Shown here: piece after piece, positions 1 to 9,200 of the stretch
Numbering within the stretch: position 1 is the stretch's first letter
Layout: each line of letters begins with the position of its first letter
NCBI GenBank assembly: GCA_051004875.1
Contig: JBPCJX010000098.1
Span: 3,048-67,047, forward strand
Source of the DNA: Bryobacteraceae bacterium
Lineage (GTDB): Bacteria > Acidobacteriota > Terriglobia > Bryobacterales > Bryobacteraceae
DNA length: 64,000 nt
Direction of reading: 5' to 3'
The notes under the pieces: generated by a model
What the model was told of the DNA's origin: nothing
What the model saw: the letters and a program-made list of their open reading frames with translations, nothing else
Database searches by the model: none
Position numbers and translations under genes: made by a program

Positions 1-96
1 TGGAAGCTGGTGTCCGGTAGCTATACGTTTATGGCTGGCGGATCGTCAAATGACCTGCCGCTGCATCAAACCGCCAGCATTACCAGCATTAAATGA
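1..96 (+). CDS. C-terminal fragment of a glycoside hydrolase, probably the GH3 beta-glucosidase Fn3-like tail; 5' end lies outside the window
   Basis: Frame 1 is open from base 1 to TGA at 94-96 and reads WKLVSGSYTFMAGGSSNDLPLHQTASITSIK. The G-x-Y...GGSS-x-D-L-x-L ending is typical of GH3 C-termini. It is absent from the ORF track because it is truncated. Confidence 0.4.
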   Translation, partial: WKLVSGSYTFMAGGSSNDLPLHQTASITSIK

Positions 97-149
97 GTAT
101 CACAGTCAACCGCCAGGTACCGCTGCGTTGTTATACTTTTAGCTGGTAA

Positions 150-494
150 ATGGTTTACGTAATAACAGCCCTGCACATTATTATTTGCTTTTTCTTGATT
201 ATTGTCGTTCTGTTGCAGAGCGGTAAGGCCGCCGATTTAGCTGGGGCGTTTGGCGGTATGGGATCGCAGACGGTTTTCGGACCCCGAGGAACAGCCACAG
301 TTTTATCGAAGGCCACAACCATTGCTGCTTCGTTGTTCATGGTGACGGCGCTGACGCTGGTGATTCTGGAAAACAACCGGTCGCCTAGCACGGGCAGTGT
401 TCTGGAGCACTCGCGTAAGGCTGCGCCTGCGGCCCAGAAGAATGCCGCCCCCAAGAAGAATGCGCAGCCGCAAAACAGCCAGCCAAAGAAGTAG
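150..494 (+). CDS. secG: preprotein translocase subunit SecG
   Basis: 114 aa with two hydrophobic segments flanking [27 protein letters not shown], the SecG signature. It has a low-complexity K/Q/P tail and is followed by tRNA-Leu, as in many bacteria. Confidence 0.85.
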   Translation: MVYVITALHIIICFFLIIVVLLQSGKAADLAGAFGGMGSQTVFGPRGTATVLSKATTIAASLFMVTALTLVILENNRSPSTGSVLEHSRKAAPAAQKNAAPKKNAQPQNSQPKK

Positions 495-513
495 CAGTTC
501 GTTTTTGCAAATC

Positions 514-598
514 GCGGAGATGGCGGAATTGGCAGACGCACTAGCTTGAGGTGCTAGCGGGTAACTCCGTGGGGGTTCAAGTCCCCCTCTCCGCACCA
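514..598 (+). tRNA. tRNA-Leu, anticodon GAG, class II with long variable arm and encoded CCA
   Basis: Hand-folded cloverleaf. Acceptor is GCGGAGA/TCTCCGC and the D arm is GCG-GAATTGGCAGA-CGC. The anticodon stem is CTAGC/GCTAG with loop TTGAGGT (U33, GAG, G37). There is a 13-14 nt variable arm, a T arm GGGGG-TTCAAGT-CCCCC, discriminator A and CCA. Confidence 0.85.
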
Positions 599-624
599 AA
601 CGATTAGTTCCCCAGCGGTCCGGG

Positions 625-630
625 TATAAT
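625..630 (+). promoter_or_regulatory. possible -10 box (TATAAT) placed 7 nt before the ATG at 638
   Basis: A perfect TATAAT sits at 625-630. There is no Shine-Dalgarno motif between it and the ATG, and no convincing -35 box. See findings. Confidence 0.2.
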
Positions 631-637
631 CGCGCTC

Positions 638-1501
638 ATGTTCCGTTTATTCTTCGTGCTGCTCATCGGCGCCGCCGCGATCTTTGCACAAAACGATAAA
701 GTACGTGTGATTGCATTTGGCGCGCATCCGGACGATTGCGACATTCGTGCGGCAGGAACCGCCGCAAAGTTCGCCCGCCTTGGCTATGCCGTCAAGTTTG
801 TATCAGTAACTAATGGTGATGCCGGCCACCAAACTATCGGCGGAGGTCCGCTAGCCGTCCGGCGCAAGGCTGAGGCGGAGGAGTCAGGTCGTCGGCTGGG
901 CGTCACGTATGAGGTTCTCGGAAATCACGACGGGGAGTTGCTTCCGACTCTGGACGTTCGGCGGCAGATCATTCGACGCATCCGCGAGTGGAAGGCCGAT
1001 ATTGTGCTCGCGCCGCGACCCAACGATTACCATCCCGACCACCGCTACACGGGAGTGCTGGTGCAAGACGCCGCATATATGGTCGTGGTGCCGAACATTT
1101 GCCCCGAGACGCCGGCTTTGCGCAAGAACCCGGCGTTCTTCTATTACGAGGACAACTTTCAGAAGCCAGCGCCGTTCCGGCCGGACGTTGCTGTTGACAT
1201 AGATGACACATTTCAAGCCAAGATCGACGCCCTGGACGCACACACTTCACAAGTCTATGAGTGGCTGCCGTGGGTAGACGGTAAGTTGTCGGAGGTTCCG
1301 AAGGATCCAGTGCAGCGGAAGAAGTGGCTAACGGAATTGCACGGTGTTCCACCCGACGCGGCAGTCCGGCGAGCGCTCGAGAAGTGGTACGGACCGGAAC
1401 GGGCGGCCAAGATACTTCATGCCGAGGCCTTCGAGCTATGTGAGTACGGATGGCAGCCGAAGGATGAAGATTTGCGGCGTTTGTTTCCGATGCTCAAATA
1501 G
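638..1501 (+). CDS. PIG-L / LmbE family deacetylase, secreted
   Basis: N-terminal signal peptide (MFRLFFVLLIGAAAIFAQ). The motifs AFGAHPDDCD and NGDAGH, plus PNDYHPDH, match the PIG-L zinc-deacetylase signature. Confidence 0.75.
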   Translation: MFRLFFVLLIGAAAIFAQNDKVRVIAFGAHPDDCDIRAAGTAAKFARLGYAVKFVSVTNGDAGHQTIGGGPLAVRRKAEAEESGRRLGVTYEVLGNHDGELLPTLDVRRQIIRRIREWKADIVLAPRPNDYHPDHRYTGVLVQDAAYMVVVPNICPETPALRKNPAFFYYEDNFQKPAPFRPDVAVDIDDTFQAKIDALDAHTSQVYEWLPWVDGKLSEVPKDPVQRKKWLTELHGVPPDAAVRRALEKWYGPERAAKILHAEAFELCEYGWQPKDEDLRRLFPMLK

Positions 1502-1503
1502 CG

Positions 1504-2415
1504 TCAGCTATACGCGCGGTCAATCACTTGCTCGAGATAGGCTTTCGAGGCGCGTATGTCAGCTTCTTGCTGAGGGCCCGAGATCTCACGCTCAATTGTG
1601 ATCGGCCCGGAATAAGACAATTCGTGCAAATCGCGCATCACTTCCTGAAAGTTCACTCGCCCCTGACCGATGGGCACTTCTTCACCCAGTTTTTTTGGGT
1701 CCGTGGGGTAGAGTCCATCCTTCGCATGTAGACCCCGCACATACTTTCCAATCACGTCAAGGGCGCCGACCGGTTCTCCCTTCCCGTATAAGATCAAATT
1801 GGCGGTGTCGAGATTCACAAACACGTTGTCGAGACCCGTATCTTTGATGGCACGCAGCATCGTGATGGGTGTTTCCTGGCCCGTTTCCATCAGAAATATT
1901 TGGCCGTTCCGCTTGCAGTAAGCGGCAACATCCCGAATCGCTGTCACAGACGGCCCGTAAAGAGGATCACTTGGATCCTCCGGAATAAAGCCGCAATGCG
2001 TGTGCACAGCGCCTATACCGCATCGCTTCGCAAGATCAGATGCGCGTTTCAGTGCGCCGATGCGGGCGGCGCGTGTGGATGGCGGAACCAGGCCGATTGT
2101 TTTCGGTCCTTCGGTGAAGTCCCACACCAAGCGTCCGGAGCCGAGCGTCATTACCGCTGTCGCTTCGACCTGATGTTTCGAGAGCGCCGCCTTCAAAGGA
2201 GCTGCGAGACTTGTGGGCGCCATTCCGACATGGACCTGACACGTCGGAAGGCCAAAGGCGCGAACCTTTGCGATGGCTTTCTCGGGAGGGGTTTCCGTTA
2301 CGCTGACAACGACACCAAGACGCGGCCGGGCAGCGCTTGCCTGGCGTTTCAGGGAAAGAGCGAGTGGCGATACCGCCGCCTGTAAAAAGGTACGTCTCTC
2401 GCATTCGAATGGCAT
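1504..2415 (-). CDS. sugar phosphate isomerase/epimerase (xylose-isomerase-like TIM barrel), Tat-exported
   Basis: Tat motif ERRTFLQAAV. TIM-barrel family pattern (HTHCGF, FLMETGQE, NLDTANL, HAKD). Confidence 0.7.
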   Translation of the reverse strand: MPFECERRTFLQAAVSPLALSLKRQASAARPRLGVVVSVTETPPEKAIAKVRAFGLPTCQVHVGMAPTSLAAPLKAALSKHQVEATAVMTLGSGRLVWDFTEGPKTIGLVPPSTRAARIGALKRASDLAKRCGIGAVHTHCGFIPEDPSDPLYGPSVTAIRDVAAYCKRNGQIFLMETGQETPITMLRAIKDTGLDNVFVNLDTANLILYGKGEPVGALDVIGKYVRGLHAKDGLYPTDPKKLGEEVPIGQGRVNFQEVMRDLHELSYSGPITIEREISGPQQEADIRASKAYLEQVIDRAYS

Positions 2416-2422
2416 AGATTCC

Positions 2423-3721
2423 TCAGACTAGCTTGGTAATCCCAGGTTGGGCCCGCGGCGGGACCGGCAAGCTGCTAGTCCAATCCAGGTGCTCTGGTAA
2501 TAGCCTCTCCTGCGAATTCAGCGCCTGGTCCCACGTGACCTCCTGACCCGTATACGCAGCCATGCGACCCATCATCGCGAGTAGGGTGCTGGTCGCCATA
2601 CGTTTTCCGTCATTGACAGGCTCGTGTTTGCGTATCGAGGCAAACAACACGTCATGCTCGCGCTGGTACATGTCATATTTAGGTCCATTCCAGCTCCAGT
2701 TCGTCTTGCCTTCGATACGGGGAACCGGGCCGCGGCCGATCGTAATCGTGCCGTCGGTGCCCAGAATATAGTCGGAAGTTTCGTTGTAGCAACCCTCGAT
2801 TTGTCGATTTGCCAGGAAGGTTCGAACACCAGTGGGATAAATGTAGTTGACCTCGAAATGGTCGTAGATATTGCCACCCTCGGCCGGAACATCGCGCCCG
2901 CCAACTCCGACACAGCTAACCGGTGGCTCATCGTGCATCGCCCAAGCGATCTTGTCAACGCTGTGTACCGCTTGCTCGACAATGCTGTCGCCGCATAGCC
3001 ACACAAAGTTGTACCAGTTCCGGATCTGCCACTCTGTGTCGCTCATTCCAGCCGGGCGCGTGTGCTCTGGAGGCATGGGCTTCACCGGACTCGTGTAGTA
3101 AGTCGCGTGATATGCCACCACGCGGCCAACCGCGCCGTTGAATAGCTGCTGAAACGTGTCCTGAATCATGTTGTTGTAGCGCCAGCAAAAACCGGCGACC
3201 AGAGACAAATTTTTCCCCTTGGCTTTCTCCGAGGTTTCAAGTACGCTTCGAATTCCCGGCGCATCGGTCGAGACCGGTTTTTCGCAGAAGACGTGCTTAT
3301 TTGAATCGATACACGCGGCCAGATGAGAAGGGCGAAAGCCAGGCGGTGTGGCTAGCAGGACTACATCAACACCGCTGTCGATGACTTTCTGATACGCATC
3401 GAGACCGAGAAAGCGCCGTGCCTGATCCACCTTAACTCGCTCCGAAATTTTGGAGATCGCGTTCAGCGTTGCCAAAGAGTTGTCGATCTGCGCACGATCG
3501 ATGTCAGCCATAGCTGTGAGCTCGGCGTAATCATCAGCGTGCAGAGCCTGCGTTGCCGCGCCTGTACCGCGTCCTCCACAACCTACCAATCCGACTTTGA
3601 TTGCATTCGTGACGGTTTGCGCCGAAATGACAGCGGGGAAACCGGAAAGCAGGGTAGCCCCGACAGCCCCCGTACTCTTTAAGAATTCACGACGATGTGG
3701 CAAGCTCTGATCAGTTGGCAT
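2423..3721 (-). CDS. Gfo/Idh/MocA family oxidoreductase, Tat-exported
   Basis: Tat motif HRREFLKSTGAVGA. Rossmann motif VGLVGCGGRG and the CEKP motif typical of the family. Confidence 0.8.
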   Translation of the reverse strand: MPTDQSLPHRREFLKSTGAVGATLLSGFPAVISAQTVTNAIKVGLVGCGGRGTGAATQALHADDYAELTAMADIDRAQIDNSLATLNAISKISERVKVDQARRFLGLDAYQKVIDSGVDVVLLATPPGFRPSHLAACIDSNKHVFCEKPVSTDAPGIRSVLETSEKAKGKNLSLVAGFCWRYNNMIQDTFQQLFNGAVGRVVAYHATYYTSPVKPMPPEHTRPAGMSDTEWQIRNWYNFVWLCGDSIVEQAVHSVDKIAWAMHDEPPVSCVGVGGRDVPAEGGNIYDHFEVNYIYPTGVRTFLANRQIEGCYNETSDYILGTDGTITIGRGPVPRIEGKTNWSWNGPKYDMYQREHDVLFASIRKHEPVNDGKRMATSTLLAMMGRMAAYTGQEVTWDQALNSQERLLPEHLDWTSSLPVPPRAQPGITKLV

Positions 3722-3751
3722 TTCACCTCTATGTACGATAAAACAGATTCA

Positions 3752-4642
3752 ATGTACCGGCGCGAGTTTCTTAAAAGTGCAGCTGCATTCGCGGCTGTCC
3801 CGTCGATGTCTGGACGGCTTCCCATCTCGACGGCTGTCGAATTCAGCATGTTGCCGGAGAGCGCCAGCATTGCTGATCGCTTTCAGATGGCACGTGATGC
3901 GGGCTTTGAGCGAATCGAATGCCCCACCACTCCAGATCAGCAACAGGCCGAGAGCATGAAGAATGCAGCCGAGAAGACTGGTTTGAAAATTCACTCTGTG
4001 ATGAACATGGATCATTGGAGATATCCACTTTCATCACCAGATTCCGCTGTCGTTCAAAAAAGCCTGGACGGAGTGAAAACCTCGCTTCACAACGCACACC
4101 TTTGGGGCGCGGATACGGTGCTGGTCGTCCCAGCAGTTGTCGACGCGAACACATCATATCGCGATGCCTATTCAAGATCTCAAAAGAACATTCGGACGCT
4201 GATTCCTCTCGCTGAGCAGCTGCGCGTGATCCTGGCAATTGAAGAGGTCTGGAACAAGTTCCTTCTGAGTCCGATCGAATTTGCTCACTACATCGACGAA
4301 TTCCAAAGTCCGTGGGTGCGATCTTACTTCGATGTAGGCAACGTTGTGCTCTATGGATATCCGCAGGACTGGATTCGCACGCTTGGAAGCCGCATAGTCA
4401 AGCTGCACATCAAGGATTTCTACTTCCGCGAGGATCGAGCAACCGAGAAGCGCGTAGCCGCGTGGGTTTCTTTGGGCGAAGGTGACATCGACTGGAAAGC
4501 TATCTATCTTGCTCTGGAACAGACTGGGTTTCACGGCACGGCGACGGTGGAACTTCCCGGTGGAGACGCCAGCTACTTGAAAGAAGTTTGCAAAAGGCTG
4601 AACCTGATCCTTACCGGCAACATGAGGAGTCAGCGATCGTAA
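3752..4642 (+). CDS. hydroxypyruvate-isomerase-like TIM barrel protein, Tat-exported
   Basis: I prefer the ATG at 3752 (MYRREFLKSAAAF, a Tat motif right at the N-terminus) over the track start at 3695, which overlaps the divergent gene. Family pattern AIEEVWNKFL, YFDVGN, HIKD. Confidence 0.7.
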   Translation: MYRREFLKSAAAFAAVPSMSGRLPISTAVEFSMLPESASIADRFQMARDAGFERIECPTTPDQQQAESMKNAAEKTGLKIHSVMNMDHWRYPLSSPDSAVVQKSLDGVKTSLHNAHLWGADTVLVVPAVVDANTSYRDAYSRSQKNIRTLIPLAEQLRVILAIEEVWNKFLLSPIEFAHYIDEFQSPWVRSYFDVGNVVLYGYPQDWIRTLGSRIVKLHIKDFYFREDRATEKRVAAWVSLGEGDIDWKAIYLALEQTGFHGTATVELPGGDASYLKEVCKRLNLILTGNMRSQRS

Positions 4643-4656
4643 ACGCGGCCACACGA

Positions 4657-5697
4657 TTACGGCCGACCGCCCGGAATCATTAGCTTGATCCGATAGATGC
4701 TGCTGCTCGCGGTGATATAGAGCGTTTTGCCGTCTTGGTCACCCCAGGTTAGATTGCCAACTTTCTCAGATATCCGAATGGTGCCCAAATGCTTGTCATC
4801 GGGTGAAAAAATCCAGACGCCACCCGGACCGGCACTGTAGAGATTTCCTTTCTGATCCACCTTCATTCCATCGGGCGATCCGGGCGCAGCATCTGAAGTG
4901 GCATCGTAGAAAACCTTTCCCTCAGTCAGGGAGCCATCGGAGCTCACGCTGTAGCGCATCCAGAGCTTCTTGGGCTCGGAATTATTGACATAGAGATACT
5001 TCTCATCCGGAGAAAAGACGATCCCGTTGGGCCTGGTCAGATCTTTAATCAAGAGCTGCAGCTTTGCACGTAACGGCGGAGCGCCGGGCTTTTGGTTGAG
5101 CGCGCCGGGGATGCGGTAGACACCATTGAAGTGTAATTGTTTGGCAGCGTCACGATCTCTCTGAGTTGCAAGACCGTAGGGCGGGTCCGTAAAGTACAGC
5201 GAGCCATCCCGCCGGTAGACAAGGTCATTGGGACTGTTCAGCTGTTTGCCTTCGTATGTGTCCGCGAGAACGGTGATTTGGCCTTGAGGGTCCAGCGACT
5301 CCAAACGCCAGACGTTGCGGCGCGCGTGACCAGCCACAGTCAGTCGTCCGCGGGCGTCAAGAGTCATGCCGTTCGAGCCGGGCTCGGATCCCGAGAAGGG
5401 CTTAGCGCCTTCGTATCCGCTCGGTTGCATGAAGACGCTCAGACTGCCGCCAGGCGTCCACTTGCGGATGCTGTTGCTCGGGATTTCAGCGAAAAGAAGG
5501 TACCCGGAATGAATCCAAACCGGGCCTTCCGTCCACTTAAAGCCCGGATCCGTTGCCACGCGCTCAACCTTAGCGTTTTCGGGCACGATCTCATTGATCT
5601 TGGGATTGAGTTTTTGGATGTTTTCCGGGGCCTGCGAAAACCCTAACGCGACCGCTAGCGCGCTGGGGATCAGGAGATGGAACATTTTGATTTTCAC
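4657..5697 (-). CDS. SMP-30 / gluconolactonase / LRE family protein, secreted
   Basis: Signal peptide present. Motifs TEGPVW, PNDLVYRRDGSLYFTDP and RPNGIVFSPDEKYLYV are the repeated beta-propeller motifs of this family. Confidence 0.75.
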   Translation of the reverse strand: MKIKMFHLLIPSALAVALGFSQAPENIQKLNPKINEIVPENAKVERVATDPGFKWTEGPVWIHSGYLLFAEIPSNSIRKWTPGGSLSVFMQPSGYEGAKPFSGSEPGSNGMTLDARGRLTVAGHARRNVWRLESLDPQGQITVLADTYEGKQLNSPNDLVYRRDGSLYFTDPPYGLATQRDRDAAKQLHFNGVYRIPGALNQKPGAPPLRAKLQLLIKDLTRPNGIVFSPDEKYLYVNNSEPKKLWMRYSVSSDGSLTEGKVFYDATSDAAPGSPDGMKVDQKGNLYSAGPGGVWIFSPDDKHLGTIRISEKVGNLTWGDQDGKTLYITASSSIYRIKLMIPGGRP

Positions 5698-5759
5698 GCC
5701 GCCATTCTACAACTGGGCTGTCCCTTCCGCAGCGCCGAAGCGCGAAGAGTGAATTTTCC

Positions 5760-5788
5760 TTGACAAGCCAACCTATCAGCCCTATCAT
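5760..5788 (+). promoter_or_regulatory. sigma-70-like promoter candidate for the TBDR-like gene
   Basis: TTGACA (5760-5765), then a 17-nt spacer, then TATCAT (5783-5788), about 115 nt upstream of the ATG at 5903. Confidence 0.35.
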
Positions 5789-5902
5789 TCCCAAGCAGAT
5801 AAGAAAAACGCTAGTCACCTTAGGGGAGGGTGGCTCTCAGTGTTCAACCGAGTCTCGCGGCTTCCGTCAGCTTGTAAATTCAACATCCAAAAGGGGTCAC
5901 AC

Positions 5903-8900
5903 ATGCGCCTGAAATATTCGCTCGTTGTAGCACTATTCTTTGCTCTGAGTCTTTTGCCGGGGCAGGCAGTTGCTCAAGTACTCTACGGGTCGATAGTTGG
6001 AGAAGTTACCGATCCTAGTGGGGCATCAGTTCCGAACGTAACGGTAACTATCACGGATAGTTCAACGGGGCAAACTCGGGAAGTGACCTCCGATTCGGCA
6101 GGGCGGTTTACGATCTCTGACGCCCAACCCGGAGTTTACGTGCTCAAGTTTGTAGCGAAAGGCTTCCGCCCAGTCGAGAAGACCGGGATAACAGTCACCA
6201 TCAACACGGTCACGCGAGCCGATACCACGCTCCAGATTGGCAACGTTTCGGAACAGGTCACGGTGGAGGCATCGGCCGTGCAGCTTCAGACAGACAAGGC
6301 TGACGTTCACACTGAACTAGGTGCGCAGACAATTGAGAATATGCCCCTCTCGAACTACCGCAACTACCAAAGTTTAATAGACTTAGTTCCTGGCTCCACC
6401 CCGGGGGCGTTCCAGAACGCCAATACGGATACACCTGCCCGGGCATTAACGACCAATATCAACGGCACTAACCGGAATAACAACAGCACCAGGCTGGATG
6501 GAGCGGTAAATATTTTTGTGTGGCTCCCGCACCATACGGTTTACGTTCCGCCAGCCGAAACGATCGAGACCGTGAACATTTCCACGGACAACTTTGATGC
6601 CGATCAAGGCATGGCGGGCGGCGCTGCCATCACTGTCGTCACGAAGTCCGGTACGAACAGTATCCACGGCACGGCATTTGGATACCTGGAAAACAGTTAC
6701 TTTGGAGCGAAGAATTACTTCTTTACGGATCCTAAAAAGCCCAAGAGCATCCGAACCATCCCGGGTTTTACGTTAGGCGGTCCTTTCGTGAAGAATAAAT
6801 GGTTTTTCTTTGGCGGTTACGAAGGATTGTTCGAGCGCGTTAACCGCAACGCTTTGTTTACGGTCCCGACAGCCACTCAGAGAGCGGGCGATTTCAGCGG
6901 AACCGGTGCGATCATTTACGACCCAACAACCGGTAATCCTGACGGAACCGGTCGTACTCCGTTCTTGAACGACATGATCCCGGCGGGAGAGATTAGCCCG
7001 ATCACACAGAAGGTCCAAGCGCTCATCCCGTTACCAAATCTGCCGGGGCTTGCCAATAATTACTTCAACTCGGCAAGCCAGAAAATGAACCGCAAAAACG
7101 TCGACTTCAAGACCGACATCAACGTCTCGGACAAGTTTCACTTATTTGCCCGTTATGGATACATGCAAGCCGACGTCTCCGGAGTATTTGGTTTGGGTGC
7201 TGCGGGTGGCCCTTGCCTCTGCGATGGGGGTCCGGCAGTTGGAGACACTTCAGTAAACATTGCGACCGTTGGCTACACATACACCCTCAGCCCCAACAAG
7301 ATATATGACGCTACCTATGGGTTTACGCGTCTAGGACATATCAGCACTGGGCAGGATTTTGGGAAGAACTGGGGTTCTGAGGTATTTGGCATCCCGGGCA
7401 CAAACGGCCCTGACCCGAGGGAAAGTGGACTGCCCTTCTTCAGTATCAGCGGGTACACGAATGTCGGTAACGACCAAAGTTGGATTCCGTCGTTCCGCAA
7501 CGACCAGAGTTTCGCTACTAGCCAGAATTTTGGGATTATTCGCGGTTCCCACGAATTCCGGATGGGCTTTGACGGGATCCGCCATCATCTGAACCACTAT
7601 CAGCCGGAACTCGGCGCGGGCCCTCGCGGTGAACTGGATTTCGGTGAAGGCCTGACTGCACTGAACAGCCCAAGCTACACCACCACCCAATTCAATTCTT
7701 ATGCAGCATTCTTGTTAGGCCTCACTTCGAGTGTTGGCAGAAGCATTCAATACGAAAAGATGACCACGTACGAATGGCAGTTCGGGTGGTATTTCAGGGA
7801 TCGGTGGCAAGTTACGCCGAAGCTGACGGCAACTCTTGGGCTGCGGTACGAGTTTTATCCGTTGATGACGCGCGCCGGTCGCGGCGGAATCGAAGAATAC
7901 GACCCGAATACGAATATAGTTACTCTCGGCGGCGCAGGTGGACTGCCGAAGGATCTCGGAATTACGGTCAGCCACAAGATGTTCAGTCCGAGGATCGGAT
8001 TGGCTTATCGCTTGAACGACACTACGGTTATCCGGACCGGCTATGGAATCACTCGCGATCCAATGCCCCTTTCCCGCCCCTTGCGCGGCTTTTATCCGCT
8101 AACCGTCGGGGAAACATTTACGCAAGCTAACACTTACGCGCCATATGACACGCTGGCGCAAGGAATTCCTCCCGTTGTTGGTCCAAACGAAAGCACAGGC
8201 AGGGTTCCGCTTCCCCCCTCCGCGGATATGCGATTTATCACCGATGGCCATTTAAGACGGGGCTATATCCAATCCTGGAATTTCATCATGGAAAAACAAC
8301 TGCCATGGAAACTGGTCACCTCCGTGGGTTACGTGGGTACAGTAACCGTGGATGCATTTGGCGACTGGAACGGAAACGCTGCAGCTCCGGGGACAGGACA
8401 AGCAGGACAGCCGCTGTTCCAAAAATTCGGGCGTACTTCTGAGACCCTCTTTTGGAACGGCTTCGTGGGGGCGAATTACCATTCCCTCCAGGCGTCAATC
8501 AACCGACGTGTGGGAACTGACCTCACCTTAGAGGGCGCCTACACTTGGTCTCACGCCATCAACTACATAGATGACGACGGCTGGGCGGGATTTCCCTTTT
8601 GGAACTATGCTCCTGAGTTGGGCAGAAACCGCGCGACCGCTAGTTACGACCGCACTCACAACTTCCATCTTGGGTATGTCTACGAATTTCCAGCCGGAAA
8701 GGGCAAGAAATACCTAAACAGCGGCATCGGTGCTGCAGTGTTGGGGGGCTGGCAGGCAAACGGAATCGTCGCCATATATTCGGGCGCTCCCTTCACTGTC
8801 ACCGCAGACGGCACGGCTCTGAATGCGCCGGGCAACACTCAAACTGCAGACTTGGTGGGCCCCGTACATAAGATCGGAAGCCTACAGGAGTACTACGATA

Positions 8901-9190
8901 TCTCAGCCTTTGCGCCCGTCAACACGGCCAGATTCGGCACCATTGGCAGGAACACCTTCCGTGGCCCGGGGGTGATTAACAATGACTTTAGCCTCTTCCG
9001 TGATTTCCCCATACGGGAGAGCATTAAGTTGACCTTCAAGGCGGAAGTTTTCAATCTGACCAATACGCCTCACTTCGGCCAACCGGATACGAACGTCAAC
9101 GACACCAATTCGTTCATGACGATCACGAGTTCTGCCGGTACCCTGGCCGATCAGAGAAGTATCCGGTTCGGCTTACGATTTGCCTGGTAG
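5903..9190 (+). CDS. TonB-dependent-receptor-like outer membrane protein with an N-terminal carboxypeptidase-regulatory-like domain
   Basis: ATG at 5903 is preceded by AAAGGGG. Signal peptide ends ...GQAVAQ. It has a CarboxypepD_reg-type segment (GSIVGEVTDPSGASVPNVTVTITDSSTGQTREVTSDSAGRFTISD), a plug-like region, and a long beta-rich body ending RFGLRFAW. Confidence 0.8.
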   Translation: MRLKYSLVVALFFALSLLPGQAVAQVLYGSIVGEVTDPSGASVPNVTVTITDSSTGQTREVTSDSAGRFTISDAQPGVYVLKFVAKGFRPVEKTGITVTINTVTRADTTLQIGNVSEQVTVEASAVQLQTDKADVHTELGAQTIENMPLSNYRNYQSLIDLVPGSTPGAFQNANTDTPARALTTNINGTNRNNNSTRLDGAVNIFVWLPHHTVYVPPAETIETVNISTDNFDADQGMAGGAAITVVTKSGTNSIHGTAFGYLENSYFGAKNYFFTDPKKPKSIRTIPGFTLGGPFVKNKWFFFGGYEGLFERVNRNALFTVPTATQRAGDFSGTGAIIYDPTTGNPDGTGRTPFLNDMIPAGEISPITQKVQALIPLPNLPGLANNYFNSASQKMNRKNVDFKTDINVSDKFHLFARYGYMQADVSGVFGLGAAGGPCLCDGGPAVGDTSVNIATVGYTYTLSPNKIYDATYGFTRLGHISTGQDFGKNWGSEVFGIPGTNGPDPRESGLPFFSISGYTNVGNDQSWIPSFRNDQSFATSQNFGIIRGSHEFRMGFDGIRHHLNHYQPELGAGPRGELDFGEGLTALNSPSYTTTQFNSYAAFLLGLTSSVGRSIQYEKMTTYEWQFGWYFRDRWQVTPKLTATLGLRYEFYPLMTRAGRGGIEEYDPNTNIVTLGGAGGLPKDLGITVSHKMFSPRIGLAYRLNDTTVIRTGYGITRDPMPLSRPLRGFYPLTVGETFTQANTYAPYDTLAQGIPPVVGPNESTGRVPLPPSADMRFITDGHLRRGYIQSWNFIMEKQLPWKLVTSVGYVGTVTVDAFGDWNGNAAAPGTGQAGQPLFQKFGRTSETLFWNGFVGANYHSLQASINRRVGTDLTLEGAYTWSHAINYIDDDGWAGFPFWNYAPELGRNRATASYDRTHNFHLGYVYEFPAGKGKKYLNSGIGAAVLGGWQANGIVAIYSGAPFTVTADGTALNAPGNTQTADLVGPVHKIGSLQEYYDISAFAPVNTARFGTIGRNTFRGPGVINNDFSLFRDFPIRESIKLTFKAEVFNLTNTPHFGQPDTNVNDTNSFMTITSSAGTLADQRSIRFGLRFAW

Positions 9191-9200
9191 GCGCGCGGAG

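Noticed and set aside
155-599. Two minus-strand ORFs (128 aa and 98 aa) over secG and the tRNA
   Set aside because: They overlap a canonical SecG and a well-folding tRNA-Leu, and their translations are low-complexity.
5840-5902. N-terminal extensions proposed by the ORF track at 5840, 3695, 19085, 56072, 32763, 26697, 14898 and 58423
   Set aside because: In each case an internal start gives a proper signal or Tat peptide, a Shine-Dalgarno motif, or a 4-nt start/stop coupling. It also removes a long overlap with the neighbouring gene. Starts remain uncertain without experimental data.
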